Positions 23,880-38,060 are shown, numbered from the stretch's first letter. The stretch: DNA of 64,000 nt from Octopus sinensis (GCF_006345805.1 NC_043000.1:102238001-102302000); one strand, 5' to 3'. Numbers and translations are program-made. The notes: generated from the letters alone by a model not told the origin.

Positions 23880-24343
23880 AGGCCAGTTTATCTGTTAGAA
23901 ATAGAACCAAATAACTCAAATCACACGCTTCCATGTTAAAGCAGAACACATGCTAATATAGTTTTAAATATACATTGCCTTAAAAGTACAAGAAAATCGC
24001 TGCTGGAATGCTTTTAATCGTTTAAGAACCTTAGCGAAGATTTACTTCATGCTGAACAACTGGTGCTATTTCTAACCCACAAGAAACCCTCTGCGTGGTC
24101 TATTGACCAGCTAGAATTGGCACCAAGATTCTCTCAAATCACACTTCGATACCTTAAAATAAAAAGGACACATTAGATGATTTACTCAACCTTCGGTGCT
24201 TGACTGGTAATTATTTTAACGACTCCTAAAGGATAAAAGGCAGAGTCGATCTCGGCTGCATTTGAACACAGAACGTCAGGACGGAAGAAATGCCGCTGAA
24301 CACCTTTGCTCCACTCACTAGATGTTCTGCCAGTTCGTCGCCT
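23880..24343. mobile_element. Family D fragments (+) followed by a SINE family B copy (24186-24343, -)
   Basis: Shared motifs with 21241-21330 and with the family B core. Confidence 0.6.
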
Positions 24344-24709
24344 ACAAGAAACTGAGGATTAAAAAGTGAATAACTTCAATGTGTTCTTTTGTCAAGATTA
24401 CGAATGTGATTTATAGACGATTTTGTTGCTATATCTAATTGTGCAGAGTCCATCATCGATGAAGGATTCTGTATAAAAGGTTAATCTTTCTTTTGACCGT
24501 GCATTAACATTTACCCTGTGTATTTAACATTTACACTTTGTATTTCTATTTATCAATTTCAGAAGTATAAACATACCTGTAGATTCAAATATTTACATTG
24601 ATGTAAGTAAATATTCCAATTTCAAAGAGTTTTCTGTTGGATTTATGAGAGAAAACCTTGAAGTTATACGCACGCATATACTTACATACCTAAACACACA
24701 CACAAACAC

Positions 24710-24794
<85 letters not shown>

Positions 24795-24797
<3 letters not shown>

Positions 24798-25851
24798 CAT
24801 GCGATGGGTAAATTGACGCCATTCTATAAGTTTTGTTTCGTGCATGCGCATAGTTTGGTTTTGATTTTGTCGACTACACAATATAGTAGGGTCAGCTGGG
24901 CACCGTCTGTGAGAAAAATGATACCATACGCAATTCACTCTGCCAGAAATTTGGAAATGACATAGTGTAGTGCTTGGCATTCGCCCCGGAAGCTCCAATA
25001 TGAACACTTCAGAGTGTTTGGGTGTCAATCTGAGGACAGTGCAGAGAATTCGGAAAGATTTGTATGAATCTAATGGTGATTACGAAGGCAGGGCAGTTCG
25101 GACAACAGGAAGTAAGAGTGAGAGAAAGTTGTGGTGAAAGAGTACAGCAGGGATCACCACCGTCCCTGCCGGAGCCTCGTGGAGATTTAGGTGTTTTCGC
25201 TCAAGATAAGAAAAGAACTCCTGATAAGAAAAGATCCAGGCCTTGATTGACAGCAATATCGCCAAGTCAATCATGTCCATAGCCCGGGACTTGGGTGTGT
25301 CTGAGTTTCTTATCAGGCAGATAGTGCACGAAGACATTCGGTATTCTTCATGCGAGATGAGAAAGGGCTAATTTTTATCCCAAGCCAAGACGGTGGCTGC
25401 TGGAAGATCCTATGTCTGGCAACAGGACTCTGCACCATGCCACGCAAGCAGAAGAGCCCAGTTATGACTGTCAGACAATTTCTCTAACCACATCACCCCT
25501 AACATCTGGCCACTTAACTTCCAAGACTGCAACCCCTTTTATTATTATGTGTGGGGCACAGTTGAGCGAGAGACCAACAAAAATCCTTGTAATACTAAAG
25601 ATGAACTGAAGGCAAAGATTATGGAAGCATTCACCAGCTTAAATAAGTAGACCGTCCAGAAGATTTGCAGGAGATTCCGAAGTCGTCTGGACGTCGTTGC
25701 TGAAGTCAGTTGCGACTTTATAGGATAAACTTACTCTTTAGTATTTCAAGATAATTTTATAAAATTTTGACAAATATATCTGTTAAAATCAGATGTCAGT
25801 GTTATTTTCATTTTTGCGTAATTTAGACGACAATTTATTAACCGCACTCTC
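24795..25851 (+). mobile_element. Internally deleted DD37D (maT-type) Tc1/mariner element
   Basis: Degenerate TIRs (TA-CAGCATGCGATGGGTAAATTGACG vs TA-GAGAGTGCGGTTAATAAATTGTCG). HTH remnant KSIMSIARDLGVSEFLIRQIVHEDIRY. Catalytic segment YVWQQDSAPCH..WPLNFQDCNPF[Y]YYVWG has 37 residues between the second D and the third catalytic position. Confidence 0.85.
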
Positions 25852-25967
25852 TATGTAATACACATGCGCGCGCGTGCGCATATATATACAGGTTAGAGTT
25901 GCAGAAGTCACGCGCCGAAACATTTGATATTTTGTTACATTATGACTATTATCCTGAGTAATACATA

Positions 25968-26366
25968 TTGGCTCCAAATTTTGACCCAAGGCTAACAATT
26001 TCGGGGTGGGGGTTGAGTCAATTACATCGACCCCAATACTCAACTGGTACTTATTTTATCGTTCTCGAAAGGATGAAAGGCAAAGTTGTCCTCGGCAGAA
26101 ATTAAATTCAAAACGTAGAGACAGACGAAATGCCACTAAGCATTTCGCTCGTATTGTTAACGATTCTGCCAGCTCGCCGCCTTCTTCACAACTTTGGCAT
26201 AAGGCTTCTTTCAACTTCTGGGGGAAGAGGAAAGACGATTACATTGACCCCAGTATTCACTGGTACTGGAACGTATTTTATCGAACCCGAAGGGATAAAG
26301 GGCAAAGTCGACCTCGGCGGAATTTGAAATAAGAACGAAATGCCGCTAAGCAATTTTCCCGGCGTG
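25968..26366 (-). mobile_element. Two tandem SINE family B copies
   Basis: Units at about 25968-26182 and 26190-26366 with the family B core. Confidence 0.85.
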
Positions 26367-27689
26367 ATACATGTAATATGTATTATATATTAATTGAGTT
26401 TTAATCTTGGTGCGCCACATTTTTGGCCCACCCTGTATATATAACGCACGCACACATACACACACACACACATACACATACACACGCAAATATATTTAGA
26501 GGAGAAACGTCAACTCGTGGGAAATAGAATGTTCAAAAGTTCATAAATTTGCCGTCATTTTAATATAAGGAATCCTTCCAGTAAAGGAAAATATAGGGAT
26601 GAAACTGGAGGAAGTCTCTATGAATCCTCTTGACATTAATGCACCAATATTATATGGAATAGTTTGATAATACCATATACAACGAATACTACGAATATGA
26701 AACAACAAAACTGGCCAACAATTGGATTTTGCTCTGCATATCGGCGTCTGTCGCAGAATGAACAACGATATGTAGCAAGATTTTACTATATTCGGAAATT
26801 TCAAAATATATTTATTGGTTTTCGATTCCCAACATAATACGCATGCAAATGTACACATACATAGACACAAATATACACATCTGCATATATATATATATGT
26901 GTGTGTGTGTGTGTACCAACATATATATGTACACACATATACATATATATATATTATGCATCAATATATATGTATATTATATGTATATATGTTTATATAC
27001 GCGCGTATATGTGTATAGTTGTATGGTTACATATATATGTGTGTGTGATATATATATGTAAATATATATATATAATATATATACACACAGAAACAATATT
27101 CAAATATATATGTATATAATATATAATGCATAAATGTATATGTATATTATATGTATACATGTTTATATACGTGCGTGTGTATGTATGTATGTATGTATGT
27201 ATGTATGTATGTATGTATGTATGTATGTTGTATGTATGTATGTATGTATGTATGTATGTATAATTGTATGAATACATGCATACAAGCATATACTTTAAAA
27301 TATATTGGTTTTTCCGTTTCTAGCGTACCGCGCTCACATCATCTAACGTATATAGGAGTGTATGTTCGCATGTGTATGGGTATGTATAATATGATAATAT
27401 ATAATATATATGCAATGAATGAACGAAGTAAAGTGGAAAAATCTCGCATAACAACTGTATTATATTAGTGGTCCTAGATAGCTGAGTATTTGGCTGTCTC
27501 AACTTAAATACCATTAATTATAGGAATCTCTTTTCTGTACAAAGAACAAAAGAATGTATTTTTATACGATTTCTTTTAAAATTTTATTACGCTAAAGAAT
27601 CAACTTCAAATGTCTTTATTTCTTGCGTACAATCTATCATTTTATTTTACCCGCACATCCATTTACATCTCTCCCTCTTTCGCTCTCTA

Positions 27690-27690
27690 G

Positions 27691-27722
<32 letters not shown>

Positions 27723-27896
27723 ACCTCTCTCGCTCACTCACTCATTCACTCATTCACTCACTCTCTCACTCACTCTCTCTATCTTTCTCTCTCTCGGTTT
27801 TGCTCCTTACTTTTCTTCATTGTCACACATGAAATACACTTTCTTGCCATATGTGTTTGCGTCTAGGTATACCAGTATTTCTGAACGTATTAGGTA

Positions 27897-27968
<72 letters not shown>

Positions 27969-28103
27969 CATATGTATATATATAAATACATATATATATA
28001 CATACATACATACATACATACAATTATATATTTACCTATACACAAATATATATTATATATTATATAAATATACATACATACATTACATATATATATATAT
28101 ATA

Positions 28104-28151
<48 letters not shown>

Positions 28152-28430
28152 ATATATATATATATTTACATATATATATATACATATACATATATATATA
28201 TACATATACATATACACACACACACACATATAGACAAGGGGAATCAGGCGCAAATGAATTATATGAATACACCACACGCGTGTTAATGTGTGTTGGTGAG
28301 TGTGTTTGTGTGTGTGTATACAAATAATTTTAATATTACAAATATATTTTACGTATGGATGCATGTTTGAAAGTATGTTTCCATGTGCGTGTGTGTAGTA
28401 AAGGATAAAATTATTTTAAAATATAGCTTC

Positions 28431-28472
<42 letters not shown>

Positions 28473-28473
28473 G

Positions 28474-28506
<33 letters not shown>

Positions 28507-28533
28507 CTATCTATCTATCTATCTCTCTATCTA

Positions 28534-28566
<33 letters not shown>

Positions 28567-28580
28567 CTATCTCTCTCCCT
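27690..28580. repeat. Compound microsatellite block (CT)n/(CTCA)n/(TA)n/(CTAT)n
   Basis: Directly visible simple repeats. Confidence 0.95.
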
Positions 28581-28965
28581 CTCTGTTTTGCATCATAATC
28601 TTACATGAAGATGTGTCTGTGATTACGTTTGTGTAGTTACATAAATATATGTCTGTATTCACAGAGATGTGTGTGCTTGTCTTAAAAGCAGAATTTAAAT
28701 TTTATAATGTTTTATTTCTCCAAATCGCTTATTTTTCTAACCTCATGCATTATTCATTAGCTTTCGTATGTGTACATATATTTACCACTATGCTTCTGTA
28801 TATATATGTATATTTTCGTGCGAGTATGAGTGTGTACTTGTGAGTTCGTACGTCCGACTGTGTAGACATATGTGTATATTTAGTACGAGAATGTCTCTCC
28901 GTGTGTATACTTTACATATAATTGTTTGTAATAAAAGCACAAGGCCAGAATGCATTAATGGATAA

Positions 28966-29365
28966 TGGCTTCAAATTTTGTCACAAGTCCAGGCAGTTCT
29001 TGAAGAGAGGTTAAAGTCGGTTACATCGAAACCAGTACTTGACTGATATTTGTTTTATTGACCCTGAAAGCATGAAAGTCAAGGTCGAACTCGGGGGAAT
29101 TTGAAATCAGAACGTAAAGACGGATGAAATGCCGCTGAGCATTTTATCCGGCGGTGTGCTAATAGTTCTGCCAGCTCGAAGTTTTCAATGCTTTATATAT
29201 AACTCTTTCAATATAGGTACAAGACCTGAAATTTTGGAGGCGGGGGATTGTCGATTACATCAACCTCCAAGGCTCAATTGGAACTTATTTTGTCGACGGA
29301 ATTTGAACTCAGAAAGTTAAGCCTGAAGAAATGCCACGGTAACGATTCAGCCGGTTCACTGCCTT
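28966..29365 (-). mobile_element. Two tandem SINE family B copies
   Basis: Units at about 28966-29178 and 29210-29365. Confidence 0.8.
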
Positions 29366-30362
29366 AATGCTTTGTATATAATAAAAGCAACTAAAATACT
29401 GAAACAGCGACTTTGTGAATAAATTGTGAATAAGATCACGTATGTCCTTATAATAAGCAACCATTCAATTATGCTGAGTAAATAGGTGCTGCGATTAACC
29501 CACAGGTTTGTCTATGTTGGATGAACCGGAGGACACGTCAACTAGTTTTGAACAGTTAGTGATATTTCATGAAAAGTATCCACTCGTATTCTTCCTACGG
29601 GTAAAGCAGGCAGCTATAAGCTACTTGTAGGAGATGCCATGAATAACAAATGCTGAGTTTACTCTGCGCCGAATTCCGGACAGAATGCATTGCGTATTTG
29701 TTCCGACTCTTTGTTCTATAAGTTCACACCCCGACAAGATCAACTTCGCCTAACATTTTTTTCGGGGTTGATACAAAAAGTACCAATCAAATGCGGTGTA
29801 TTGGCAAGATAATTAGGAGGTTAGATCGTACATCTTGCAGTATTAATTCATTCTCTTTGGGTTCTGAGTTCAAAAACCGTTGCAGCCAAAAGTTCGTCCG
29901 GTTTAGTGCTCCCATCTGGAATCTTGGTTGGCTGAAGAAGAGTCCACACTCTCTCTCTCAAGCATTCTGGAGAGGCTTCTGGTTTGAGAATATCTTCCTA
30001 CTTCTGCCACACTTGTTTTGGAGGCCATACAACGGATCATGGGCACTGCTTTCACTCTTGACTAAAAAATAAAGGTTATACTTTAGCGGGTATATAAAAC
30101 GACTCTAAGATATATACACGAGCGGACACCCTTGATAAGATGGCAATAACCAGACGAAACTAGTCGATTTGTACACTGAATCATCCAAAAACACAATCTT
30201 TGCTTCTTAACACAGAGTCTTTTACAGATACTTAGCATCAACTGGAACCGTCTCCGAATAGGGAGGGGAAATTGTCTCCCCTTCAAGTTTCGTAGCTTCA
30301 CAGGGATGCGTGCGTGTGTGTGTGTCTGTGGTCTACTTGGCCAAAAAACGTCTCGAAATATC

Positions 30363-30807
30363 GCTTTCAAATTTTGACAGAAGGCCAGCAATTTCGTCTG
30401 AGATGGGTAAATCAATTACATCGACCCCAGTATTGAACTGGTACTTATTTTATCGATCCCGAAAAGATGAAAGGCAAAATGGACACCAGCAGCATTTAAA
30501 CTCAAAAAGTAAAGTCGGGAGAAATGCCGCCAGGCATTTTTCCAGCGAAGTAACGATTCTACCAGCTCACAGCTTTAACGGTTCGAAATATTGGTTTCAA
30601 ATTTTGGCACAAGGCCAGCACTTTCGTCGGAGGTGGTAAGTTGATTAAGTTGGCCCCCAGTGCTCAACAGGTACTAATTTTACCGAACTCAGAAGGATAA
30701 AAGACAATGCTGACCTCGGCGGAATTTCAACTCAGAACGTGGAGACGGACGAAATGGCGCTAAGCGTGTTCCTCGGCGCGGTAGCGATTCTGCCAGTTCG
30801 GCGCCTT
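30363..30807 (-). mobile_element. Two tandem SINE family B copies
   Basis: Units at about 30363-30570 and 30593-30807. Confidence 0.85.
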
Positions 30808-31181
30808 GATGATTTGAATTAATATATCAAAATGGACGTAGAATTTACCGCGCCGCGAAACCAGGTGTGTTTCTGTAAACAAGCTGGCCTGCAAGAAAGA
30901 CCAAGATGTCACTTCATCAGCCGAGACTAAATGACGAGAGACCTAAATTTATCCAGATTAAATATACAAGCAACAGTGAAGTCACGAGATATTAAAATTT
31001 GGTGAAACTTCAGAAGACATTCAACTCTCCCATATTCATTGGTAGTAAACCCATTGGAGCATATCAACAAACACTATGAAAGCAATACTTGGAGCTGTAA
31101 ATATAGTCATTCGGCGAAATACATTAAGAAAATGTATCCTGAAGCAGGCAGCTACGACTGTGCGGGATATAAAGTTCATAC

Positions 31182-31269
<88 letters not shown>

Positions 31270-31411
31270 GTATATATGTATATATGTATATGTATATGTG
31301 TGTGTGCATACATATGTATTATATATTTGTGCATATATATGTATGTGCAATTATATAAGCATATGTTTCTATACATAATAAATACATATACTATTATATG
31401 TACGTGTGACC

Positions 31412-31528
<117 letters not shown>

Positions 31529-32070
31529 GTGTACTGTCTCTGTTACTCTCTCTGCTTCTGTTCCTCTCTCGCTCTCTGAATGTATATATGTATAGTATAT
31601 ATACATATGTGTGTGTTCATGCGTGTGGGGGGGGGTCATGTGAATGTTTTATTGATATAGATGTTTGTACATAAGGAGACTGATGCAGCCACTAGTCGGG
31701 CCGACATTTGCATCGTTCTGGATGACCAACGCTTAGAACAAATTAACACCAGATCATAACCATAGCTTTCTATAAACGGGTATGTCGTTGATATAGTTGT
31801 CTTGACGGACACATTGGAACAAGCTGGTAGGTTTAAAAAGAAACCAGCATCAATTTCAATAGTCAACACAATTCAAATACATATTCAGAAAACATAGCGT
31901 GTATATTCATTTGTGTGTATATGTATGTTTGTGTGTATGTATGTGTGTGTGTGTGTGTGTATGTGTGTGTGTGTGTATGTGTGTGTGTGCATGCGTGTGT
32001 ACAAATATAAATATGTATTTATATCTGTTTCTGTCTCTGTCTCTGTATTTTTCTTTCTATGTATATAAAC

Positions 32071-32340
32071 CGGCACTCCGTCGGTTACGACGTTGAATGT
32101 TCCAGTTCATCGGATCTACGTGAAATTAATGTGCAAGTGGCTGAGCACTCCACAAACACGAGTACCCGTAACGTAGTTCTCGGGGAGTTTCAGCGTGATA
32201 CAGAATGCGACAAAGCTGGCCCTTTAAAATACAGGTACAGCTCACTATTGCCAGCTGAGTGGACTAGACCAACGTGAAATAAAGTGTCTTGCTCAAACTA
32301 TACGATCGTCAGCCGAATATCCTAGCCACTAGGCCACGCG
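32071..32340 (-). mobile_element. SINE family C
   Basis: Reverse-complement homolog of 53033-53325 (AGTCCACTCAGCTGG..GTACCTGTA..ACTGGAAC..CGTCGTAAC..GAGTGCC) with a tRNA-like head. Confidence 0.85.
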
Positions 32341-32440
32341 TCTTCCCCCCTTGTATGTATATGATTGGTGATGAGCAGTCAGAATCGTTACCATGCCGGT
32401 TAAGATGCTTATACTCTGAGTTAAAATACCACCAAGTTTC

Positions 32441-32716
32441 TCCAAAGAATTCCTTTCAACACACGGCTATGATGCTCCCCCACTACTTCTGCTCATGGTC
32501 AGAAATGCACAGATCTTCAGCCACTAAGGGACATGTTCAGCTGGTAAAGGTCGAACAAATGACAAGCAAATCTGTGGTATTGAGCAGAATATTTGTTGTA
32601 GCCCATCTTTTAACCCAAGAAAAAATACGTACGTGATAACACTTCCGATCAGTTAAGATCAGAATCCATGGGAGTCAATGTGTGGTATAGCATCAGGGCA
32701 TTTATTATTATTATTA
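32441..32716 (+). mobile_element. Retroposon 3' end with an (ATT)n tail
   Basis: Unique sequence ends GCATCAGGGC-ATTTATTATTATT. I recognise it from memory as a common octopus LINE/SINE tail. Confidence 0.5.
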
Positions 32717-32737
32717 TCATTCATATACACACAACAG

Positions 32738-32819
32738 ATTAACCTGTTGGAAAAGAAAAATTCCTAACATCGGGCTACAAGTGACCTTAGATACCAAGAA
32801 CCCTCCTAAGTATCCTAGC

Positions 32820-32820
<1 letters not shown>
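32738..32820 (-). mobile_element. Extreme 3' end of an R4/Dong-like LINE
   Basis: Minus strand GCTAGGATACTTAGGAGGGTTCTTGGTATCTAA encodes ARILRRVLGI*, the typical ORF end of this clade. It abuts (TTA)n at 32820-32901. Confidence 0.6.
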
Positions 32821-32902
<82 letters not shown>

Positions 32903-33382
32903 TCAAATTAGCTTCCATTTCTTCCCGAGTGTCTTCCCGGTACCTAGGGCAAATGAACTCACTATATACATTTGTAGACCATTAAAATAAACACACAAGA
33001 TTGTTTACTTACAAAGTCAAGTTATGTGACGCAAAAAAGGAAAAAAAGAAAGAAGTTATTATTATTGAGTCGGTAAAAGGGAATTGGAGAGGGTACTTGC
33101 TTTTGCGCTCAGGGAGCTCTCGGACAGTGAGGTTACTCAATTATTCCTAGAGGTCATTCTGTATCAGCATCTCTATCATACTCCGCCCCGCCTTTTTTAA
33201 CCTTTGTATACTATGTACATTTCACTTCCTTTTCATCATATACCGTGTATATTTACATTTTTTTTTGTTACTCAATTAATCATTTATCATTACATTATAT
33301 CTAAACTCCTAACACTTTATGTATGTCTTTGTATTTTTCCCCCTCATCTTTTGCCCTGGTGGCAAATGAAATCATCATCATC

Positions 33383-33426
<44 letters not shown>

Positions 33427-33466
33427 CATCATCATCATCATCATCATCATCATTATTATTATTATT

Positions 33467-36090
33467 GAGTGAGAGAGGCGAGCATGCCATCAAAGTGACA
33501 CTGGAGTAAAATATACGAAGCCCAATATACCCATCATGGCTACTCGTCTAATAAGGGTACACCAGATACATGCATCACAACCGTATATACACGACATGGT
33601 GATCTCATATGAAGATAAACAGTGCATGACCTTGCAGGTAGGACCCACTTAGAATTTTATTCAGGTCAAGTAGCTCATCCCCCTCAAATGATCCCTGAAT
33701 AATGGTTGTTTAATGATGTTGAACAAAGCATCCAGAGGTGAATTATCCAAACCCAAAGACTGGTAATATGCCATACAGTCTCACCATTTTGTCCACAAAT
33801 TCTGCACTTATCACTTTCTGATGTGTTGTCTATTCTGTATTTAATGTAATTCGTTCTTAGTGCTTGCTCAGGCTTGATAATTACATTCAAGTTAGCAGAA
33901 GCAATGTTACCAATTATCTTGTAATCAGAATCTAAACGTTTCCAGTTTTAAATCACTTTTTGTCATCCATAGCCATCTTTTTTCTCTTTTTCTTATCTTG
34001 TACACTACTTGTACAGTGCTTTATTTTTGCAATCTTCCATCCTACTCAAGCTTGACTTTCTTACTTCCAATAATAGTGGTTCTCTGGCATTTTTTACATA
34101 CCATGCTATGTTGTTTTCTTCTGCCCAAATGTTGTGTTCGCATCTAATCAGTCCTCTTTCCCCTCTTTTTCTGGCTACATACTGTCTGTCTATGCTTCTT
34201 GGATGGAGTATCCCATATCTAGTCAGCAACTTCCTTGTCTTTCTGTCTATGCTGTTTAGTTCATCTACTGTCCATGCGATTACCCCTGCTCCATATCTAA
34301 GGAGTGAAACCGCTTAATTTCGACTTAATGATCAGTCTCAGTCTGCGCAAGTACTCCACCTTAAATCTTTCTGTCATTTCTTTTTCCATCAATTTATCCA
34401 TTTCTGATATCTCCAAGTACTTATAGCCCGTCTCTTCTATCTACTTCATAACCTACACCGACGGTATCGCTAGCCCGTCCATGCATTTGATTTTGCCTGT
34501 CTTCAAGACTAACACACCACACCCTTTCAATCCGAACTCCATTCTGATAACAGCACTGAAAGTATACACTGTATCAATGAGGGAACTGACTTGGGATTCA
34601 TATTTACCATAAAGTTTGGGGGCATCCATGAATAACAAGTGGTTGACGTTTTGTTGGTGGTTTTTGAATATATACCCAGCCTTTACTTTCCTCAGAATCA
34701 GTGTAGCGGTGTCAGGTAAATTACGAAGATCTGTGAAGACAGGCAGGCCCCCTTGGAATATGCCTCTCTTAATTTCTATTGTCCCTAAACTTCTTCCATA
34801 TACTGTCAGTTCCGTCCTCCACTTCGCCATTCTCTTTCCAAGCAATCGCTCAACATTCGTCGCAATACCAAATAGGTTCATACATTCCATAATCTAAGAA
34901 TGTTGATCCCTGGTACCTCTACACTTACGCTTGTAACCTTTCTGCTCATGTGGCAGGAATCTATTTTTTACTACATGTCTGTACATTGATACTACGAGTA
35001 TTCCAGTCAATACTTTCCACATAAGGGGCAAGCAGGATATCGGCCTGACATTGTCTACTGTATTGCCTTTAACGATGTACTTCAAGCACAGCGCTGTCTG
35101 ACCCATTGTCAACCACTGTGGTGTTTACTTGGTAGGCATTTAACAAGGTGCTGTTCTGTGCGGCTATTCATGCATGACATTCGCCAAGTCTTTTGATCTA
35201 GTAGCTTTCAACTCCATCTGGTCACGGAACATTCCGGTGGCCTATTTTATTTATTTTTGCTGATTTCCTTCACTTACCTAACTAAAATGACTAGTTATGT
35301 CTGTTTTAGACAGACTACTGTTTGTTTCAGCTCTTGCAACCATTCAGCATCCTTCTTGTGCTCCTTGTCTTTACTCCAGATATCACTCCAAAACATTTGA
35401 TTTTCGATGTTATCTGGTATCAAATTTTCTTCTGTACACTCTCCATTTATTTTTTGTAGAATGTCTTCTGATCTACTCAGAATAACCTATTCTGCTGGTA
35501 ACCCTTCATTCTTTGGTCGTATCTTACTATCTTTACTTTCTTTGCAACGAGGCGCTGTTTCAATTCCTCCATTACCACTTTCAGGCCCTTTCTTTCAATA
35601 TTACACTTCCTGTTCAGTGCTCTGCGTTTTTGTTCGCTTTTAAGCTCCACCTTTTCCTTTTCGGTCTAACACAGAAATGTCCTTCGAGAGCATATCTAAT
35701 CCCGCCTGTATTCTTCTTTTGCACCATGGTTCTTTTCTTTTGTCGCTCCCATTATATTTCTTTTTCTTGACATCAACACCCACACTTTCTGCTACAACAA
35801 TACTTACTACTTTGATCAAATTATTTGTTTCTGTGATGTTTCTTGTTCTTATGTATTTCAGAACTTCATTCACATTTTTGTTCCTTGGTTCAATTTCCAC
35901 CGATCAACCTTCTAAGGTTGCAAATAATGTCGCTATCGTTCTCCTGTAGCCTTGCCTTTATTCTGTCATAGATTGATTTTTGCCCATCTGTCATGTCACC
36001 ATTAGTTTTATTGCCTACTTCCAAACCAAATTTATATCTCTCATCGAACAAACTATCACTGTTCCTTTCCTGTTTATTAGAGATTTCACC
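33467..36090 (-). mobile_element. Degenerate R4/Dong-clade non-LTR retrotransposon (RT plus CCHC knuckle)
   Basis: Fragmented motifs [28 protein letters not shown] (YMDDLKLY), MEFGLKGC, LHPRSIDRQYVARKRGERGL, EQALRTN..CRICGQNGETVWHITS. The 3' end runs into (TAA)n/(TGA)n. Most of the RLE domain is deleted. Confidence 0.92.
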
Positions 36091-36965
36091 TTTGTAAGTA
36101 GATAGAAGAATACAGACAAGAGAATAAAGTTCACTGTTCATCTTTTTCCATAGGGTATGGAGGTTGGTCTGTACTTCTGTGAAGGTATAGGCCCTTAGGT
36201 ATAATTCCAGGTAAATCCAAGCAGTATTTTGGCTGTATTTTGAATGATGCGTTCATGTCGAAGTAATCGATTAAGTTGTTAACTAGTAAGTAAATAGTCC
36301 ACGTGGGTATATAGTGTGAGAAAGACAGACATCAAGATAGACAGAAGTGAGTGGATAGAAGAGAGAGAAGGAGAGAAATGAAGAAGAGTGGAAAAAAGAG
36401 AGAAAAAACAGGAATGGAATGGGTGCGGGAAAGAATGAATAAGAGCGAAAGTAAAGTAAAATCAAAAAATGAAAAAATGAAAAAGTAAAATCTAAGAAAT
36501 AGAAATAAAAAAGACTAAAGATAGAGATAAGATGCCAGTATTCTTCGTAAGTGTTGGTTCAGTGCGAGAGGTCAGGCATTAAGGTTTTGGTAAATTGGAG
36601 GAGGAAGTTATTTATATCTATTAATCAAATAAATGAAATCTAGGTTAGGTGTGGTCAATGGTCAGTAGGAATAGCTAAAAAGAGATGCCTAGCTTAAAGG
36701 GGTATATATAGGAAAAACTACAATTAATTGGATAAAGGTTACAAATTAAAGAATTACAATTTTAAAGTTAAAAGTTAAATTAAAATTGAGAATTAATTTT
36801 TTTTTTTTATTAAAGAATTACATCTATGTAACTTCTAAGATACTTATGTTGATAGAAAAGAAAAGGAAAGGAAAAACATACGTATACTGTAACGACCGTG
36901 AATGCATATAGGCAAGTGTTATGTGTGTTGATTTTGTTTGCAATCAGACCTATGAAAGAATCTAA

Positions 36966-37205
36966 AGGTGCGAAAGAACTTATGTTTACATGTAGAAAAT
37001 GCCTCGTGTTGTTTATTGAGTAATTGCGGTGAATTGTGAATAATTATTTGGAGGACTTCTTTCAGGCAGAGTTCATATGTAGGGCACTGACCTTGTCATG
37101 TGACACCAGAATCTATTATGGCCTAGGATATCCTATATGGTACTTTCCTATTTATCAGATGGTATATGTGGTTGGCTACGGATGTGGATTTGCTATGAAA
37201 ATTAA
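36966..37205 (-). pseudogene. PLE endonuclease C-terminal remnant
   Basis: Hand translation: KSTSVANHIYHLINRKVPYRIS*AIIDSGVT*QGQCPTYELCLKEVLQIIIHNSPQLLNKQHEAFSTCKHKF, with the (C)xLCLKE..LLNK..E..CxH pattern. Absent from the ORF track. Confidence 0.8.
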
Positions 37206-37730
37206 ATGAGTTTTCATGTGCAAAAAATATCTCTGTTTAAAATTAAATTTTTACTTTTTGATTTTTTTGATATTTTGATTTTACTTTACTTTCGCTCTCA
37301 TTCCTTCTTTCCTACACCTGTCCCATTCCTGACTTTCCTCTCTTTTTCTCTCTTTCTCCTACTTTTCTCTCCTCCTCTCTTTGCTATCCACTCACTCACA
37401 ATCCACATATGTCTATCTTGATGTCTGTCTTCTTCACTCTATATACCCACGTGGACCATTTACTTACTAGTTAACCACTTAATCGATTACTTCAACATGA
37501 ACGCATCATTCAAAATACAGCCAAAATACTGCTTGGATTTACTTGGAATTATACCTAAGGGCCTATACCTTCACAGAAGTACGGACCAACCTCCATACCC
37601 TATGGAAAAAGAGGAAATGTGAACTTTATCCTCTTGTCTGCATGCTCATATCTACTTTTACACTTTATTCTATTTTATTCCTTATAAACTGTGAATTTCC
37701 CTGCCTAGAACTTTCAAACATACTCATCTT

Positions 37731-37803
37731 GTCTCTGATGGTGGAATGCTCAGTATACGAACATGCTAGCCTATCACTTGGGATATCCCAAAAACAGTAA
37801 GAT
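37731..37803 (+). ncRNA. Degenerate type I hammerhead (paralog of 8028-8103)
   Basis: GTCT-CTGATGG-[long stem II]-AAAA-CAG-TA-AGAT. Confidence 0.5.
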
Positions 37804-38060
37804 TTCAAACTCACCTAACCTTAATTAAATTATTCTAAATGACTTTAGATACTCGTCCTGCCTTGGTTTTCGTTGTCCTTTTCTGCTATTATATGCCTGC
37901 TAACTCGGAAGCCTAATACGGATTCCTAGCTCTCAGCATCAGCTGTGGAATTGAAACCTAACGGCTAACCAATTACAGCACTTATTCAGCATACCTATTC
38001 GTTTAGGTCATCAGGGAACTAACCCCCTTATATTCTTTATATATATATACACACAGATAT

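Larger units (their letters stand above)
36096..38035. mobile_element. Penelope-like element with about 400-bp inverted pLTR arms
   Basis: 36096-36492 is the reverse complement of 37247-37657. The spacer holds an endonuclease C-terminus. The arm holds the N-terminal-like motif YCLDLLGIIPKGLYL. Hammerhead remnant at 37731-37803. Confidence 0.85.

Noticed and set aside
31039-31165. Helitron Rep motif (SAKYIKK..YDCA)
   Set aside because: The resemblance to S.KY..KY..KG.D is too loose without an alignment.
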